Of a stretch of DNA of 64,000 bases, positions 43,311-55,767 are shown piece after piece. Every line of letters starts with the position of its first letter. Positions within the stretch are counted from its first letter, which is position 1. Made by a program: the position numbers and the translations under genes. The DNA is from an uncultured Hormoscilla sp. (GTDB taxonomy: Bacteria; Cyanobacteriota; Cyanobacteriia; Cyanobacteriales; Desertifilaceae), in contig OZ001293.3 in assembly GCA_963921275.4 (NCBI GenBank), positions 2,592,001-2,656,000 on the forward strand. Reading direction: 5' to 3'. The notes beneath the pieces were generated by a model, which had not been told where the DNA came from, ran no database searches, and saw only the letters and a program-made list of their open reading frames with translations.

Positions 43311-44986
43311 ATGAGTCAGGGATCTGGGCGCAAACTCAAATTGATGGTGGTTGACGACGAGCGCGACAACCTGGATTTGCTGTACCGGACGTTTAGAAAA
43401 GAGTTTCAAGTCCACAGAGCAGACAGTGGCATCAAGGCTTTGGAGGTCCTAGAACAGCAAGGAGAAATGGCGATCATAATTTCCGACCAGCGGATGCCGG
43501 AAATGAATGGTACCGAATTTTTGGAAAAGACGGTCGAACAGTTTCCCGATACGATCCGGATTCTCCTAACAGCCTACACTGATGTGGAAGACTTGGTAGA
43601 TGCGATTAACGCCGGTAAGGTTTTTAAGTATATAGTCAAACCTTGGACCCTCACTGACCTGAAAGCAGTGGTGGAACAGGCGGCTGAAACCTACAAGGTA
43701 ATCAAGAAAAGAACGAACGAATTGGTACGCTCGCTGCGGCGGAGTCCCTCATGAATGGGGTGATGAGTGCGATCAGGGAATCCCTGGACTATGGTAGTAT
43801 GCTGCAAACGATCGTGGAGACGATCGGCTCGAACTTTGATGCTAGCTATGCTCAGCTGCGACCAGTAGAGGAAAACAACCTGACCCCGGAAGATTTCTCC
43901 TATCAGGCACCGGACGAGGAGGCTAACCCAAACCAGAATAGTACCTCCTTGAGCAATGAGCTGGTACAAGAAGTCCTAGAAACCGGTCAGACAAAAGTCA
44001 GGAACTCCCAAGATAAGAAAAACCCCTATCAACAACTAATAGTGCCCCTTACCTACCAGAAGGATGTTCTCGCTATTCTCAGTCTGTACCAATACGGCGA
44101 TCGTAGTCCCTGGGAAAAGGAAGATATCCAGCTGATAGAAAATCTGGTGGGACAAGCAGCTCTGGCCCTTTCACAAGCTAAACTATACCAGCAGGCCACG
44201 GAGTTAGCCCAACAGTTACGCTTGGAGCTAGAAGTGGCTCGCAAAATCCAGATGGGTCTGTTGCGCCAGAGTTGGTCCGAAATTGAAGGTGTCAAGGTGC
44301 AAGCCTGCTGTTATCCTGCTAGAGAAGTGGGAGGTGATTTCTTTGAGGTCTATGTACAACCCCAAGGCGATCTTTGGGTGGCGGTGGGCGATGTCTCCGG
44401 CAAAGGGGTGCCTGCTGCTCTGTTTATGGCCAGCGCAATTTCGGTTCTGCGACGAGAACTCTCTCAAGAAGGCTCCCTGGAACCGGATGTGGTGATGGGG
44501 AACCTCAACAGTTCTCTGATCGAAGACCTCGCTAGCAATAACCGCTTCATTACTATGGCTTTGGCCCGTTACAGGCCCTCAACTGGCGAGCTAGTATACA
44601 CCAGTGCGGGGCATGTTTACCCGATCGTCTGGTCTCACAAAACTGTGATAGAACAGTTAGCGTCTCCTGAAGGTAAAGTTACCATAGAGCCTAACTTACT
44701 GAAGGCTCGGGGCATCCCAGTGGGAATTCTGCCAGTATGGAAAGGAAAAGCTGGGCAAGTCCAACTTAATCCAGGAGACGTTTTGCTGCTGATTAGCGAC
44801 GGGATCACCGAAGCAAAAGACCCCGCTCATCTTGATGATGGCAGGATGCTGAACGAGGATGGTCTGTGGCGGCTGCTAACTAAGCAGGATGGACATCTGA
44901 GCCTGACAACTTTATTAGACAGTGTTCGGGCAAATAATACTGTTCAGGAAGACGACCAAACCATACTCTCTTTGGAGGTTCTGTAG
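43311..44986 (+). pseudogene. REC-GAF-SpoIIE (RsbU-like PP2C phosphatase), single frameshift near 43745
   Basis: REC domain (VVDDE, IISDQRMP) in ORF 43299-43754. GAF and PP2C (EVGGDFF, GDVSGKG, SDGITEA, DDQT) in ORF 43751-44986. The frameshift could be an assembly error. Confidence 0.8.
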
Positions 44987-44989
44987 TTA

Positions 44990-45415
44990 ATGAGAACTGA
45001 GCTTAATGTCCCAAGCGACTTAAGGTTTTTGAATATTGTAGAATCCTGGCTACTAGGTTGTTTGGAAGTTGAGCTAGGAGAATCGGTCGATTGGGCTCGG
45101 CAATCGAATCGGTTACGCTTGGCTTTAGTAGAAGCATACTCGAATGTGGTGCGTCACGCCCACAAAGAACAACAGGAGTTGCCAGTGCAGATGTGTTTAG
45201 AACTAAAAAGCCGCGATATTGCTTTGGAAGTTTGGGACCACGGTCAAGGATACGACTTGGCTACCTATCTGCCACCGGACCCAAAACAGAAGCAAGAAGG
45301 TGGCTATGGCTGGCTGATCATGAATCGTCTAATGGATCGGGTGGAGTACCGGTTACAGATAGATGGTCGCAACTGCCTGAAGTTGGAAGCAAGTTTACCA
45401 GAGGTCACCAAGTAG
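44990..45415 (+). CDS. RsbW/SpoIIAB-like anti-sigma factor kinase
   Basis: Motifs LALVEAYSNVVRHA, WDHGQG and EGGYGWLIM. Confidence 0.88.
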   Translation: MRTELNVPSDLRFLNIVESWLLGCLEVELGESVDWARQSNRLRLALVEAYSNVVRHAHKEQQELPVQMCLELKSRDIALEVWDHGQGYDLATYLPPDPKQKQEGGYGWLIMNRLMDRVEYRLQIDGRNCLKLEASLPEVTK

Positions 45416-45495
45416 TTCAGCAAAATATATTTTTAATACTAACAGAGACGCTATTAGGCGTCTCTAACAGGCGGGACAAGTCTACGAAATAAAAA

Positions 45496-47317
45496 ATGGA
45501 TGTTTCTCTGAGCAGCTCTCAGGTAAAGCAAAAAGCGCTAGAATTGGGCTTCCATAAGGTGGGCATAGCGGCTATAGATGCTAAAACTGTCAGTAAAGCA
45601 GTTGAACGTTTACAGGCATGGCTAGGAAATGGCTACCAGGCGGATATGGAATGGATGGCAAACCCTAAGCGTCAAGATATCCGTCAGGTAATGCCTTCAG
45701 TTCAGTCTATTATTACGGTAGCTCTCAATTACTATACTGCTCATCAGCGTCCTGAAGGGAGTCAGTACGGAAAAATCTCTCGCTATGGGTGGGGACGGGA
45801 CTATCATCGGGTGATGGACAAAAAGCTGAAACTGTTAGCAAACTGGCTGCGATCGCACTCTTGTGGAGTGGAAGTGCGTTACTATGCTGATACGGGACCT
45901 GTTCAGGATAAGGTATGGACCCAGGCGGCGGGGATTGGCTGGATTGCCAAGAATGGTAATGTAATTACGCGGGAGTATGGGTCTTGGGTATTTTTGGGAG
46001 AAGTGTTGACGAATATAGTTTTAACCCCAGATGGGCCCCATACTGAACATTGTGGCACTTGTACTCGCTGTATAGACGCTTGTCCTACGGGGGCGATCGC
46101 CCAGCCCTTTGTAGTAGACGCTAATCGCTGTATTGCCTATCATACGATCGAGAATCGTGCCGACAGTTTACCCCTAGCGATCGGGTCTCATCTAGAGGGT
46201 TGGGTTGCGGGTTGCGACATTTGCCAAGATGTCTGTCCCTGGAATCAGCGGTTTGCCAAAGAAACCGACATTACTGAGTTTGTGCGATTCGTTCTAGCCT
46301 AACGTGGTCAAACACGGAACGCTAGCCCGGTTTCATTAGCCGGGAACTCTGACCGCATGGGGGTTAAATTCCCCTCCCCCCAGGTACGGGGGTGACACCG
46401 GTCCTCGGTGCTACGAAGCGACATCATCGTGGTGCTAAGCGAGGACTCAAATGTAGGATAACTGGCAGCCTAAGCCGGTGACGCCGCTAGGAAAGATATC
46501 CAAGGTTAGAGCAGGCAAACATGTGCAAGCCTCGTTATAAGGAACCAGCGAAATAAGGCTATATGCGCTGGCCTAAAAAGGAAATGGTAGCTAGTATTAG
46601 TTTTAGACTCTGGCTAATATAGTACTCAAATAGCTCCCGGGGTATAGTGTGGACCTAAAGGTATTGCGAAATGTTGTTAGGGAACGAAGTAACCTCTCGT
46701 GTGCTGTCCATCAGGACAAGTTAGATGTTAAGCGCAAGCCACGGGGGGAGGGATGGCCCAAGAAGCGAATGCCCGGGGTAATTCCTGGGATAACATCTAC
46801 AGTAATGTAGATGATGCTGGGTAGCCAGCGCTGACGTGGGTCGGTGATACTAGGAAGCTGCTGGAATGAGTAATCCTAAAAAGCCACGGAACTAATCCGA
46901 AACGCAAGTGGAGGATAAGGTATGGATAACTGGTAAAACTGACTTGAAAATGGTGATACTAACGGTTATCAGAACAACCACTCGCTAAACCAGGAAAGGG
47001 AAGAAAAGACAGGCGGCAAGGGCTAACGGAAGTAATTCCTATTAAGTCTACCTATGAAAAGGGCCTAGTACCCAGTAGCCGGATGCGGTGAAAATCGCAA
47101 GTCCGGTTCCTCAAGGGAGGGTCGGGAAGCGATTCCCGGCTCGACCCCATCCAACCCCTATCCCGAGAATCTGACTCCCAAGTTGAGCGAATTGGCAGAA
47201 ATTTCTGATGCGGAGTAGAACCGGCGATTTCCCGCTTCGGCCCTGCGGCGGATTAAACCAGAGATGCTGCGGCGAAATGCTCGTGCTAACCTGGAAGCAG
47301 ATGCGCTCGTTGAATAA
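45496..47317 (+). CDS. queG: Epoxyqueuosine reductase; exons 45496-46281 and 47153-47317, premature TAG at 47216
   Basis: Motifs [29 protein letters not shown] and [12 protein letters not shown]. Spliced junction reads [24 protein letters not shown]. Confidence 0.9.
46282..47152 (+). mobile_element. ORF-less group II intron, main family, copy 5, in queG
   Basis: 871 nt, sense, junction TTT|AAC. Confidence 0.93.
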
Positions 47318-47942
47318 ATGATGGTAATTATTTTTGATTTTGATGGTACTCTGGCTGATACGCTAGATGCGATCGTCTCTATTACTAATCGCTTATCTGG
47401 GTAATTTGGATATCAACCTGCTAGTCCTGAAGAGGTGATTAAACTAAAAAATTTAAGTTCGAGAAAAGTTCTTCAGCAGTCTGGTATTTCTCTGTGGAAG
47501 TTACCTTTTTTGCTCAAAAGGGTGAGAACAGATTTCAATCATCACATGGATGAATTAAAACCAGTTCCCGGAATTAAAGCAGCCTTGAGGGAATTAAAAC
47601 AGCGCGGTTATCAGCTGGGGATTCTCACTTCTAATGCTCGGGAAAATGTGCAGCTGTTTGCCAAGCTTCATGGTTTAGATCCTCTGTTTGATTTTATTCA
47701 CAATGAATCTGTTTGAAAAAGGGCGGGCGATCGAACATTTGTTAAGTCAGTTAAGATGCGATCGCCAGGAGGTAATTTATGTGGGAGATGAAACCAGAGA
47801 TATAGAGGCGGCCAAAAAAACCAAGATTAGGGCAATCTCCGTCAGTTGGGGTTTTAATTCTCCAGAAATATTGGCCGCGCACAACCCAGATTTTTTGATC
47901 CATCAACCCAGAGAATTGATTGCAGTGATTGAAAATTGCTAA
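47318..47942 (+). pseudogene. HAD-family phosphatase (phosphoglycolate phosphatase-like)
   Basis: Motifs IIFDFDGTLAD, ILTSN and YVGDETRDI. TAA near 47402 and a frameshift near 47710. Confidence 0.82.
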
Positions 47943-47961
47943 TGGAAAATAAAGCATAAGT

Positions 47962-48180
47962 TATATCCCACTTTCCGCACGACAAGTTGTAACATGCTAA
48001 GTAATACATAATTGCTTGGTTAGATTACTATTGCATTACTTTTTGTGATCCGTACTATATCTGATAATTTAGGAAACAATACGTATATTTATTTATACGG
48101 ATATGAACTTTTCGGTTCGTAAAATCACAAGCTGTTTGTCATCATTTCGTCAAATTTGTCCGTGCGGAATGTAGGTTATA
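47962..48180. mobile_element. About 220-bp MITE
   Basis: TIRs TATATCCCACTTTCCGCACG / CGTGCGGAATGTAGGTTATA (17/20 match), non-coding interior. Confidence 0.6.
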
Positions 48181-48245
48181 TCAGATCCGGAAAATTGCCC
48201 TAAAATAAAGAAGCAGTGAAATAACCTATTCGTGGGTTTGAGACC

Positions 48246-48525
48246 ATGCCTCGACGTATTAAACTAGAACCCCACTTGACTCCTGAAGAACTGGAAAGGG
48301 GCTATCGGAGCGCCAAAAGCGGAATCCTGCGCAGTCACTACCACATAATTTGGTTGTTAAGCCAAGGTAAAACAACTCTGGAAGTATCGGAAATCACTAG
48401 GAAAATCAAGGGCGCAAACCCCTGCGTAAATGTTGTGCAACAAGCTCAACTCTGGCAAGCTCTACAAGATCAACCTGCGGATGGAGACTTGTGGGATGGT
48501 CTGAAAGTGGCCCAATGGATGAGTG
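48246..48525 (+). pseudogene. IS630-family transposase fragment
   Basis: HTH region HLTPEELE..RSHYHIIWLL..G..EVSEIT, then DGDLWDGLKVAQWM; internally deleted. Confidence 0.65.
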
Positions 48526-48668
48526 ATATCATGTCCGATTAAATGCCCATAATAAAAATTTTATCATCCTCGGGTGCTGTTGGGTTTCGCTAGCGTTTGT
48601 AGCCGTGTGCTCTACCCAACAAACGCAAGAGATCTTTTTTATTACGGTTAATCATCCGGACTTGATAT
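48526..48668. mobile_element. 143-bp MITE
   Basis: TIRs ATATCATGTCCG / CGGACTTGATAT (11/12 match). Confidence 0.55.
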
Positions 48669-48730
48669 TAATCGCTGCATACCCCCCCCTCGCAATGACA
48701 AATAAGATGCTTAACCCAGAAGTATTGCCA

Positions 48731-50068
48731 TTACTCTCCAGTAATTGACAAGCCCTCAACCCAGATTCGGGGACAGACTCCTGATCGAGTAACTTGGGGT
48801 TCTTTCTCTACAAAAACAATGGATTTTAGCAACTCCCAAATATCTCCAGCAACGGTAGCGGAATCAACACTTGTCTTTTGCCAGGCGTCCATCAGCCAAC
48901 CATCAAAGGGCAAGGAAAAGGATCCTTGTAAAGGTTGTACTCCTGCATGGAGAGCTTGAAGTTCATCGATGAAAATCACGTTTTTCGCTTCCGCAAGATT
49001 GTATTCTTGTTCAGCGGTAACTCCTGGAAACACGTGATAAAAATTTGGGCTTACTGTTACTTTAGCACCAATATTAGCGTGACCAGTGGGTTGAGAATTC
49101 AGCCGTTTCGCAGTCCCAGCACTGTGCAGGAAGTTAGTCAAAACCCCTTCGGTAATTATGGGGACTCGGCGGGTTGGCGTTCCTTCTCCATCAAAGGCGA
49201 TCTCGGCCACGTTGTCTGGATGCAGGGCGTCGTCGCAGAGGGAAAGCAAGGGAGAAGCAATTTGAGTTCCCAAAGACTCGGGAGTAGAGAGACTTTGCTT
49301 GTCGAGAATATTCTGAGCATTGAAGATATTGGAAAAAGCATTCAGCAAACTGATGAATGCTTCGGCGGAGAAAACCACCAGATATTTACCCGACTTGACC
49401 TTTTCATAGTTCAAGTGACTGATAGTTTTTTCTGCCGCCTCTTGCAGACAACCCTTGACATCTAAATTATCCAGGGAATGGCTGATTCTGAAAGCACCGG
49501 CACCGCGAGGCTTTTTCCCGGGCTGTTCAGTTTTGCTGTAAAGGAAAATCGAGCTGTAGGAGTTACCTTCAGCCCTGGCTGCACCGTCGCTGTTCAGATA
49601 AAATCGGTCAATATCTTCTTGAGCTAATCCATTGTAAGGCACACTGGCGATCGCCTCTGATGCGGACAGTAATTCTTTTTCTGCGCTTATCAATTGCGAA
49701 AGTAACCGATCGGCAGGCGCTGGGGGGGTTTTCCGATCGGCAGTTGCCAGAGTTGTCGTGGCCTCTGGACTAAAATCAGGAACATGTTCCTTAACACCGA
49801 AGAAACTCGCCTCATAAGCGGTTTTTAATGCCAATTCCACACCCTCTGGGTCAACATCTGTGGTGCTAGTCACCCCCATTGTGTTATCCTCGTTCCAGAC
49901 CCGGACCGTCACGCTCGATCGCTGGGATGCTTTCACCTGTTTGGGTTCCCCTTCATATATTTGCACGCTCGTTTCATCCACAGAGGAGCCAAATATATCA
50001 TATTTCTTGATGCCGAGTTTCTCTGCACTTTCTTTGGCCGAACTTGTAACTTCCTTAATGTTTGGCAT
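48731..50068 (-). CDS. pmbA: TldE/PmbA-family protein
   Basis: Motifs FDGEGTPT, TGHA and GSFSLP. Follows tldD. Confidence 0.88.
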   Translation of the reverse strand: MPNIKEVTSSAKESAEKLGIKKYDIFGSSVDETSVQIYEGEPKQVKASQRSSVTVRVWNEDNTMGVTSTTDVDPEGVELALKTAYEASFFGVKEHVPDFSPEATTTLATADRKTPPAPADRLLSQLISAEKELLSASEAIASVPYNGLAQEDIDRFYLNSDGAARAEGNSYSSIFLYSKTEQPGKKPRGAGAFRISHSLDNLDVKGCLQEAAEKTISHLNYEKVKSGKYLVVFSAEAFISLLNAFSNIFNAQNILDKQSLSTPESLGTQIASPLLSLCDDALHPDNVAEIAFDGEGTPTRRVPIITEGVLTNFLHSAGTAKRLNSQPTGHANIGAKVTVSPNFYHVFPGVTAEQEYNLAEAKNVIFIDELQALHAGVQPLQGSFSLPFDGWLMDAWQKTSVDSATVAGDIWELLKSIVFVEKEPQVTRSGVCPRIWVEGLSITGE

Positions 50069-50194
50069 AACCTATCTCCCTTTTCTGCTAATTGCTAATC
50101 GCTAATTGCTAATCCCTGATCATAATCGTAGGTTGGATTGAGGCACGAAACCCAACCTACCAACCTACTGGTCACTGGTCACTGCTCACTGACA

Positions 50195-51670
50195 CTAGCG
50201 TCCGCCAACAGTAATCGAATCCACCTTCAGATGAGGCTGTCCCACTGTTACGTAGATACTACCACTAACGGAGCCACAGAAACCAGGTGCTAGTCCCAAA
50301 TCTTGGGAACTCATAGAAATCTTGTTCATGATTTCGCTAGCTTCGCCAATCAATGTAGCACCCTTCAGCGGCTTGGTAATTTTGCCCTTTTCAATCAGGT
50401 AGGCTTCATCTACAGCAAAGTTAAACTCACCTGTAGCCCCCACACTGCCGCCGCCCATTTTTTTACAATAAATGCCTTTGTCGATCGAGGCAAATAGGTC
50501 ATCAATGGAGTCGTCTCCGGGGGCGATGTAGGTATTCCGCATCCGCGAAGCTGCCGCAAAGGTATAGCTTTGCCGCCGTCCACTTCCAGTGCGGGGATGT
50601 CCAGTGCGCATGGAACCGGCCCGGTCAGCAATAAAATTTTTCAGGATGCCCTTTTCAATCAACAGGGTTTTTTGAGCGGGCATCCCTTCATCATCCATGT
50701 CGATCGTCCCGAAAGCATTGCCCGATCGCCCTTCATCCCAGGCCGTCAGATTTTCGTGAGCAATTTTTTCGCCTTTTTTATCAATGAAGGGAGTAGTTTT
50801 CTTTTCGATCTGAGTCGTTTCCAGCAGGTGTCCGCAGGCTTCGTGGAAGATTACGCCGCCAAACTTATTCGCCATGATAATGGGATAAGTTCCCGACTCC
50901 ACGTAATCAGCGTAGAGCATTTTCCCGGCCGCTTCTGCTACTTCCGAGGCCGTAGTTTCATAGTCCCAGGTTTTCAAGAAATCTGCTTGACTGGTGCTGC
51001 CAACCCGTTTGTTGATCGCGGAGCGATGGCTACCATCAGCGCACAACAGATTATAACCCACAGATTGAGTCAGGCGGATGTCCCGGGCGAAAGTGCCATC
51101 ACTGGCAGCAACTAGGACCTCTTGCCAATCTCGGAAATAGATCGATCGCTTCGACTGTACGTGACTAGCTTTCTGAGCCAGTTTAGCATTAGCGTCCAGC
51201 AGCACCTCTGACATTTCCCGCATCGAGCTACATTCAGACAGCAATACTTCCTTACCTTTGGTGGTAGCATAGTCTCTGAGGGGTTCCAGGGTAACTTCCG
51301 GGATGTAGGAATTGGCAAGAGACAATTGCAGTCCCAGGATGGAGAGACCTTTTTCCAAAGCAGCTTTCAGTCCCGCAAATGTCAAGTCGTTGGTGCTGAC
51401 ATAGCAGTCCGCTTTGCCGCGAAATACTCTCACCCCAGCGCCAGTTGACAGGCGGGGGGATATACTGGTGATCGCGTCGTCTTCTGCCAGACAGCTAATA
51501 TAGTTTACCCGTTCTAGGAAGAATTCGATCAAATCCGCCCCTGTGGCCCGTCCCCATCCCAGCAGGGTGGAAATCATTGCCTCCCACGAAGCGTCGAAGC
51601 GATTTTTGGTCGAACTGTACTCACGGGCCGACAGTTCTTGGGATTGAGGTGCTGTAATTACTAGATTCAT
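50195..51670 (-). CDS. tldD: TldD metalloprotease
   Basis: Motifs [32 protein letters not shown] and GQPHL. Confidence 0.92.
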   Translation of the reverse strand: MNLVITAPQSQELSAREYSSTKNRFDASWEAMISTLLGWGRATGADLIEFFLERVNYISCLAEDDAITSISPRLSTGAGVRVFRGKADCYVSTNDLTFAGLKAALEKGLSILGLQLSLANSYIPEVTLEPLRDYATTKGKEVLLSECSSMREMSEVLLDANAKLAQKASHVQSKRSIYFRDWQEVLVAASDGTFARDIRLTQSVGYNLLCADGSHRSAINKRVGSTSQADFLKTWDYETTASEVAEAAGKMLYADYVESGTYPIIMANKFGGVIFHEACGHLLETTQIEKKTTPFIDKKGEKIAHENLTAWDEGRSGNAFGTIDMDDEGMPAQKTLLIEKGILKNFIADRAGSMRTGHPRTGSGRRQSYTFAAASRMRNTYIAPGDDSIDDLFASIDKGIYCKKMGGGSVGATGEFNFAVDEAYLIEKGKITKPLKGATLIGEASEIMNKISMSSQDLGLAPGFCGSVSGSIYVTVGQPHLKVDSITVGGR

Positions 51671-52281
51671 ACGATCTCTGCTACTGTACTCTCCGATTAT
51701 ACTTAATTTCCCTCACTTTATTTATTTTAACCAATTTCTGTCACATCTGACATCTTGCCTCGATGTCTTCTGGGTAGTGCGGGTAGCGATCCCAGAAGAT
51801 ATCGAAACCCGACAGCTTGCCCGATCGCGCAGCGTGGCGCAGCCATGCGCCCGTGAGTTGCAGGCGAGCACCTTCTATAATACAACATCTCCTACCGTAA
51901 TCCTCTGACCCTAACGCCTCGATCGCCAAGTTTGGGCGGTTAACAAGTCTACCTGTGCTACATTGGGGAAGAGAACATCTGGGGGCGATCGCAATTAATT
52001 CCCTACTTCTTCTATCAGGATATTTTTGTATAAAAACATTCCTGATGGTGGAAAACGTTTTCATTGGAGTTCGTCCTTTCCGTAATATTCTCATAAGGAA
52101 GGTGGCAAGAATTAGAAGTATACTGATAATATAGTCGATCTTCAATGGTTTATCGATCAGGTGCGGGCACTACTCCCGGAAGATTAACAGAGGATATCCG
52201 CACTCCCCCATGAGTCTAGCCCTTGAACCCACATGTTGATAGCTGATGTTTGGCGATCTGCGGACGGCGCGATCGCGATTC

Positions 52282-52938
52282 TCAATTCTCAATTTTCGAT
52301 GCTCCATTCTCAATTTTCAATTTTTCTGAATCAGCTAAAACTCCATTTAGGAATATATCAGCAAGCACTTCCGCCATTTCCTTCATGTCTTGGGGAGAAG
52401 AGTTCGGTTCCACAAGGGTATTTTGGCTGAACCCAGCGATCGTAAACATGCCCAAAAATACCTGAGCCACAATTCTCGGGTTCATGGGGCGGTAGATCCC
52501 CCGATCGATTCCCGTTTGGATGAAAGCTTCCGTCACATCCGTCATTTTCACGATCACTTCCGACTGGATGCGATCGCGCAAATCCGGGTGAAACTGCGCT
52601 TCCATAAAGCAGATCCTGAGTATATCGTTATTTTTCTGCATATTCACCATCCGCCGACGCATCATTTGAGCCACAGCCCGATAGCTTGCCATCTCACTCA
52701 AGTCTGTCAGTAGATCCGTCAGAATTTCAATCCAGCCAGCGCTAGCAATTTCAATTAAAATTGCTTTTTTACTGTCAAAATGCCTAAATATGGTTCCTTC
52801 AGCCACACCAGCTGCTTGTGCCAAATCCCGGGTGGTGGTCCCGTCATATCCCTTATGGGCAAACAACCGCTGCGCCGCTTGTAAGATGCGGGTTCGCGTC
52901 TGAGCTTCTGGTTGGGGAGGACGACTGGCAATTCGCAT
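52282..52938 (-). CDS. TetR/AcrR-family regulator
   Basis: HTH RILQAAQRLF..GYDGTTTRDLAQAAGVAEGTIFRHF.SK. Confidence 0.93.
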   Translation of the reverse strand: MRIASRPPQPEAQTRTRILQAAQRLFAHKGYDGTTTRDLAQAAGVAEGTIFRHFDSKKAILIEIASAGWIEILTDLLTDLSEMASYRAVAQMMRRRMVNMQKNNDILRICFMEAQFHPDLRDRIQSEVIVKMTDVTEAFIQTGIDRGIYRPMNPRIVAQVFLGMFTIAGFSQNTLVEPNSSPQDMKEMAEVLADIFLNGVLADSEKLKIENGASKIEN

Positions 52939-53154
52939 GACTAAATCAGGTCTTATTTGACATAATATTTGTAGCCCTATTTGGGAACACACAAGCAGTC
53001 GCTCTCCATTTCTTTACATTCTTTTACATAATTTCATCTAACTTAGCTTATCGTGTTGATGGGAATGGAGATCGCAAACTCTGTTCCCTGGCCAGGTACT
53101 GAATTACAGCTTAACTTTCCGCAGTGTTTTTCTACCACGATCGAGTAGCTAATA

Positions 53155-54873
53155 ATTAAACTAAGCCAGTCCGTCACCGGACCGACTCGTTTTCAAAACC
53201 GGACGTGAGATTTTCACCTCATCCGGCTCCTCAGTAACGCCATCCTTGTCATGGACACGGCAACTACCGTCACTGGCAGTCTTGATATCGTGGCAATGTT
53301 TGTGTAGCAGTTGTAGGTTGTCCCACTGGTCCTTACCACCTAATGAGAGTGGCTTGATGTGGTCTACTTCCCATCTGTCGTTATCCTTAAACGTTAGTCC
53401 GTATTGTTGACATTTCCCCTTTTGCCTTTTCAGTAGCATAGCTACTCGGTTACTTAATTCCGGGTTTTTGCCTAGTCTTGTGCTCCAATATGTGAGGTTC
53501 CCGTCGTATGGGCTAGCTCTTCCTTTCACTTTAATGTGTCTCACTATCCCTACACTTGCGTGTCGATTTAGTGTTACCTCCCTTTTATCTTCACACCGGA
53601 ATCGCCATTGTCCATCTTGGTCCACTGACCAGTATTTTTGGGCTATCCAATGCTTTGACTTGTTGGCGTGTCTTCTCTTTGCCCAATCCTACAGGATTTT
53701 CCATAGGTAATCGTCCATGTCCGAGTAAACTTCTTTGCTTACTCCTGTCCTGAAGTAGTTTGCCCATCCTCGTATTATCGGGTTGAGTTTGCTAATCAGG
53801 GCGTCTTGTGGAGCTGCTCTGTAACTGTTTACTATCTCTTTTAACCTTTCTTTGTGCTTACCTGTGGATTTATTACTGGGTTTGATGAGGGTCTTGTAAC
53901 CTAGGGGTTTTCCATGTCCGTTCTTGCTGCTTCTATTCTTACTAATCTCATATTGCCTTACGTTGAACCCCAAGAAGTCGAATCCTGGTTCTTCTCCCTC
54001 TAGCGTATGAGCTATTTTTGTCTTTTCCGGCTTCAATTCTAGTCCAACCCCTTTCTGCCACTCTGCTATGACCACTTGCGCCTCTTCTATCTTCTTTCTA
54101 TCCTCATGCATTACCACAAGGTCATCGGCGTATCTGACCACTGTCAGCTTCTCCTTCTCTCTTTGTGTTTTTACAAGTTCCATCACAGCCTCCTCTAGCC
54201 CATGTAGAGCTATGTTTGCCAGTAACGGTGATATGACTCCTCCCGTACCCTCTTTGGTTGCATACCATTCTTTCTTGTCTATCACCCCGGCTTTTAACCA
54301 TGCCCGTATTTGTTTACGGATTGGTGAAGTCGTATTCAGTTTTTCTATCAGCGCTTTATGGTCAATCTTATCAAAGCATTTTGCAATGTCAGCATCTAAT
54401 ACCCATTTGGGTTTGTACCTAATGCTGTTGAATATTGCTTCGATTGCATCGTGGCATCCTCTTCCAGGTCTGAATCCGTAGGAGTTACCTTCCATATACG
54501 CTTCCCATTCAGGATAACTGCGCAATTTTCAGTAACCCCTGTGTCGCTCGGTCGTGCATTGTAGGTATTCCTAATGGACGTTTTTCGTCTCTCCCTGGCT
54601 TGGGTATCCACACTCGTCGCGCGGGCCGAGCTTGGCTGGAGATTTCTATTTGTCCTACCAGTTCTAGTCGTTGCTTTGGGGTTAGTGATTTCACACCATC
54701 CACACCTGCCGTTTTCTTTCCCTGGTTGTCTTGTGTTACCTGCCGTACCGCTAGACTTTTGGCAGCCCGGGATTTTACCAGCATCATCTGTAAGTTGTCA
54801 GGGCTAATGAAACCCTGCTATCTGGGACAGCTTTTGAATTGTGTCAAGTCGGTTTAATCTAAACGAATCGCAC
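53155..54873 (-). mobile_element. ltrA: Degenerate RT/maturase/HNH-encoding group II intron (chloroplast-like class)
   Basis: GTGCG start at 54873. RT motifs GKKTAGVDG, RPLGIPT, SYGFRPGR, DADIAKCFD, YADD and FDFLGF; HNH EVDH..NLQLLH. Domain V GAGCCGGATGAGGTGAAAATCTCACGTCCGGTT; ends TTAGTTTAAT. Two frameshifts, PQ missing from GTPQGG, most of domains I-III deleted. Confidence 0.9.
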
Positions 54874-54896
54874 CCCAGATATCCTCTGGATGAATT

Positions 54897-55767
54897 GGAT
54901 GGGGTCGAGCCGGGAATCGCTTCCCGACCCTCCCTTGAGGAACCGGACTTGCGATTTTCACCGCATCCGGCTACTGGGTACTAGGCCCTTTTCATAGGTA
55001 GACTTAATAGGAATTACTTCCGTTAGCCCTTGCCGCCTGTCTTTTCTTCCCTTTCCTGGTTTAGCGAGTGGTTGTTCTGATAACCGTTAGTATCACCATT
55101 TTCAAGTCAGTTTTACCAGCTATCCATACCTTATCCTCCACTTGCGTTTCGGATTAGTTCCGTGGCTTTTTAGGATTACTCATTCCAGCAGCTTCCTAGT
55201 ATCACCGACCCACGTCAGCGCTGGCTACCCAGCATCATCTACATTACTGTAGATGTTATCCCAGGAATTACCCCGGGCATTCGCTTCTTGGGCCATCCCT
55301 CCCCCCGTGGCTTGCGCTTAACATCTAACTTGTCCTGATGGACAGCACACGAGAGGTTACTTCGTTCCCTAACAACATTTCGCGATACCTTTAGGTCCAC
55401 ACTATACCCCGGGAGCTATTTGAGTACTATATTAGCCAGAGTCTAAAACTAATACTAGCTACCATTTCCTTTTTAGGCCAGCGCATATAGCCTTATTTCG
55501 CTGGTTCCTTATAACGAGGCTTGCACATGTTTGCCTGCTCTAACCTTGGATATCTTTCCTAGCGGCGTCACCGGCTTAGGCTGCCAGTTATCCTACATTT
55601 GAGTCCTCGCTTAGCACCACGATGATGTCGCTTCGTAGCACCGAGGACCGGTGTCACCTCCGTACCTGGGGGGAGGGGAATTTAACCCCCATGCGGTCAG
55701 AGTTCCCGGCTAATGAAACCGGGCTAGCGTTCCGTGTTTGACCACGTTAGGCTAGAACGAATCGCAC
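54897..55767 (-). mobile_element. ORF-less group II intron, main family, copy 6
   Basis: 871 nt with two visible substitutions. Sense in the PAS kinase, junction AT|A. Confidence 0.93.

Noticed and set aside
48731..51670. tldD/pmbA as part of a RiPP cluster
   Set aside because: No precursor, YcaO or other RiPP genes nearby. The pair is a common housekeeping locus.
53161..54787. RT as a DGR, retron or defence RT
   Set aside because: It has maturase and HNH regions and is bounded by group II intron ends. No TR/VR pair or msr-msd was seen.
53155..55767. Twintron (nested introns)
   Set aside because: The two introns are tandem, separated by a 23-nt host exon, not nested.
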